Below, one piece after another: positions 60,460 to 64,000 of a stretch of DNA of 64,000 nt. Position 1 is the stretch's first letter, and every line of letters begins with the position of its first letter. A program made the position numbers and the translations under genes. The notes under the pieces are model-generated. The model did no database searches, had not been told where the DNA came from, and saw only the letters and a program-made list of their open reading frames with translations. This DNA is from Phoronis australis. Taxonomy: Eukaryota > Animalia > Phoronida. The stretch covers positions 761,691 to 825,690 of the forward strand of contig NMRA01000096.1 of the NCBI GenBank assembly GCA_002633005.1. Reading direction: 5' to 3'.

Positions 60460-63400
60460 CTAGTTGTTTTTACAAGAGCAACTCGGCACGTTGAAATGCG
60501 CCAATGCATGCACCGCAAACAATGTGCTTCCAGGGGTGTTTATTCGTATCCTAAAAATGGTTATAGATGGCGCAAGAAAACGGCAACATGTCATCATTTC
60601 TTTAACAGAAAGCTATTTACTTAATTTCATAAAAAGCCGTCAGGGTACTTCAGAGAAACAGAAAAAATGTAATTTTCACTCGGGGGCCGAGAGTTCGTTG
60701 GATCCGTCTGAAAGTCGTCGTCCGTTGTCAACTTATACACTTGCTAAATTTAACACAGACCCTACAGTGGGTTTAGGAGATACAGCTATGAAAGCAGAAA
60801 ATCAAAACTGCCACTAGGCAGCACCACAGTAGTCGAAGTCATCAGAAAATCATCATCAACCGTCTTCTTCACACAAGGAGCATATATGCCAATTTTCACA
60901 ATCATCCATAGATATGTCTGAAAGTCGTTGTCTTCCGTTGTCAACTTCAACTAATTACTCTTGTTAAATTCAATAAAGCTCCTGCAGTGGGTTTGGGAGA
61001 TACAGCTATGGGCGCAAAATATGCCATGGACGCCAAATTATATGAAAATCCGTTGAGGATCTTTTAAGGTAACAGCTAAATGTAAAAAATTAAAATTGCC
61101 ACTAGGGGGCACAGCGATNTGGCCCCCCCCCCCTAAATCCGCCTATGCATCAACAGTCTTCTTCACACAAGGAGCATATATGCCAATTTTCACAATCATC
61201 CATAGATATGTCTGAAAGTCGTTGTCTTCGTTGTCAACTTCAACTAATTACTCTTGTTAAATTCAATAAAGCTCCTGCAGTGGGTTTGGGGGATACAGCT
61301 ATGGGCGCAAAATATGCCATGGACGCCAAATTATATGAAAATCCGTTGAGGATCTTTTAAGGTAACAGCTAAATGTAAAAAATTAAAATTGCCACTAGGG
61401 GGCACAGCGATAATCCGATCCGTTCCAAAGTCGTCCACATCCTTTATCAACTTCATATAAATACACTTGCTAAATTTAAAAAATAACCTGTAGAGTGTTT
61501 ACGAGATATAGCCATGGACGTAAAATCAAACAAAATTAGCACTGGGAGGCACCACATTAGTCAAAGTCATCCGAAAATCGTCAGCTGCCCTCTTCACAGT
61601 AAAAACATACATGACAATTTTCACAATCATCCTCAAAGCGGTTTGGTTGATAGAGGGGCAGACGCAAAAGCTCAAACACTGTAAAAATGGCCACTAATTC
61701 GTTGCGGACCTTTGAAGATACATTTATTTGATCAATGCAAAAAACTATAATTGCCACTAAGGGGCACACAAGTAGCCGGATCATTCATTGTCATCTGTCG
61801 TCAGCTCCATAGGTACATCATCAAGATCTTCCGAGGGGTTTAAGAGATACAGCTGTGGGCAGCAGACATACACAGACGACACCAATATACAACCACATAT
61901 AACATGTGGGCACATAAATAGTACAAGCTATTTGAATGAGCAAAGTTGACCGTGCACTGTGCGCTGAAAGCGGATATGCAGGTACAATGAATGACTTAGG
62001 AAGCCCAAATTTGAATAAATTGTGTAAATCATATTCCCAATGCGTTGTATCCATGTAGTCATAATCTCTCGCATTTCCCAGTAAATTAATTAATCAAGGT
62101 TTTCCAACAAAAATAACCTGTTAGAAAATCTTACTTTGATGTTCGGTACATCTGTCTTCTAATTAAACATTTTAAAAAACTTTGAGCATTAACAGTTAGT
62201 ATTACTACTCCGAGCAAAATAGTGAGAGAGAAATTTTAACAACTATTTTCATCCAAAATTCATTTCTTTTTACAAAACTCAGGGGTTGATCAATGATGAG
62301 TAAAAGAAACACATAAAAAACAGAAGCATATTAACGACGTATTGATGTCTGAGACTGACACAGTGCAAATTTCACAAGCAAAAAATCTTGTCTAGTGTTG
62401 CATACGTTACTATTCAATAACTAGTTTTGCACGAAATAAGAAACCTCAAAATAGTTCGACTTTGTGCAAAAATTCCATTATTGGATGATTGCGAGTTTTT
62501 TCCTATAGCACTGAGTATATGCCATAATGGAAAGAATAGGTCAGCAATGCAATGTAAGAGCAACGCCGAGCGTTGAAATGTGCCAATGAATGCAACGCAA
62601 ATGTGTGCTTTAACGGTCGTTTATTTGTATTATAAAAATGGCCACTAGATGGAGCAAAAACGTCCAATCCATTCGAAAATGGGAACATGTCATTGCTTCA
62701 TTAATAGAAAGCTATTCATCAAATTGCATAAAAATCTGTCAAGGAACTTCAGAAAAACAAAGGAAAACAGAACAAAATGAAATTGCCACTAGGGGGCACA
62801 GCGTTCGTTGCATCCACCTGAAAGTTGTTGTTGTCTGTTGTTAGCTTCTTATAAATACACTTACTAAATTTAATAAAGATTCTGTAGTGACTTTATATGA
62901 TCAGCTATGGGCGCAAAACAAAACAAAACTACCACTACGAGACGCCAAAGTAGTCAAAGTCATCATTGTCAACTGTCCTCTTAACACTGAGAACATATAT
63001 ACCAATTTTCAAAACCATCCTTAGAATAGTTTGGTTGATGGAGGAGTGGATGCTAAAAACAGATTCGAAAACAGAAAAAAATGGCCACTAGGTGGCACAA
63101 AATACCTTGATTCCATCTGAAAACAGGAGGATAGTGTCATCTCACCAATAGATGTCAATATTCAAAATTTTATGAAAATCCGTTGAAGATCTTTGAAGAT
63201 TCAGAGGTAATGTAAAACTCTAAAATTGCCACTAGAGGGCACACCGATAGTCATATCCACTTGAAAGTCCTCGTCGTCCGTTGTCAATATCATAATGAAC
63301 TTGATTAGTTTAGTAAAGATCCTGCAAACGGTTTAGGAGATACAGCCATAGGCACAAAAACAAAACTGCCACTAGGAGGTGCCAAAGTAGTCAAAGTGGT

Positions 63401-64000
63401 CGGAAAATCATCGTCAGCCATCCTCCATTTTTCACAATCATCCTAAGAGTGGTTTGGTTGATAGAGGGGTAGATGCCAAAATGCACTTGAAAACAGTAGA
63501 AATGGCCCCTAGGTGGCGCAAACTACGTCAAATCCACCTGAAAACGGATGGATAGCGTCATCTTACTAATAGATGTCTATATGCCAAATTTTATGAAAGC
63601 ATATGGAGGGTCTTTGAAGATACAGAGGCGAACGTTAAAAACCAAAATTGCCACTAGGGGGCACACCAGTAGTCACACCTGTCTAAAAGTCGTCGTCGTC
63701 CATTGTCAACATCATATCAATATACTTGCTAATTTTAGTAAAGATCCTACAAACCGTTTAGGAGATACAGCCCAAGGCGCAAATTGAACAAAACTGTCAC
63801 TAGCAGGCGCCACAGTAGTCGGAAGTTGTCCGAAAATCATCGTCAGCCGTCCTCTTCATACTGAGAACATACATGCCAATTTTCACAATCATCCTTAGAG
63901 CATTTTGCTTGATAGAGGGGTGGACGATAAAGCGTAAAAATGGCCACTAGGTGGCGCAAACTACGTTGAATCCATCCGAAAACGGGAGGAAAGCATCATC
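60460..64000. repeat. Satellite-like array of ~145-bp monomers in a three-monomer higher-order pattern (possibly Helentron/HINE-associated)
   Basis: CCACTAG cores at ~62642, 62786, 62932, 63085, 63229, 63369, 63506, 63651, 63797 and 63944. Shared head sequence AAGAGCAAC...GTTGAAATG at ~60475 and ~62555. Degenerate relatives at ~54780-55400 and ~57650-57960. Confidence 0.75.

Overview
Eukaryotic, AT-rich, intron-rich animal genomic DNA, probably a heterozygous invertebrate draft scaffold (species not identifiable from sequence). Most ORFs in the supplied track are noise. Three spliced genes can be reconstructed by hand. (1) BBOF1/CCDC176 on + (10 exons, 601-14112, 529 codons). (2) A convergent equilibrative nucleoside transporter, SLC29/ENT3-like, on - (38538-15645, 463 codons). 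(3) The last four coding exons of a SIPA1L/SPAR RapGAP gene on - (59970-52409). Between ENT and SIPA1L lie an intronless, decayed pseudokinase ORF and a LINE fragment. Three apparent tandem duplications each centre on a single N and look like two haplotypes assembled side by side; they expose a polymorphic Tc2-like transposon and a VNTR. The most interesting signal is a pair of 86-nt, apparently mutually exclusive ENT exons that swap a substrate-pocket Gln for Thr. Others are a 49-bp minisatellite built from an ENT exon/5' splice junction, a candidate 21-nt SIPA1L microexon, and a ~145-bp trimeric repeat array carrying CTCF-like motifs.
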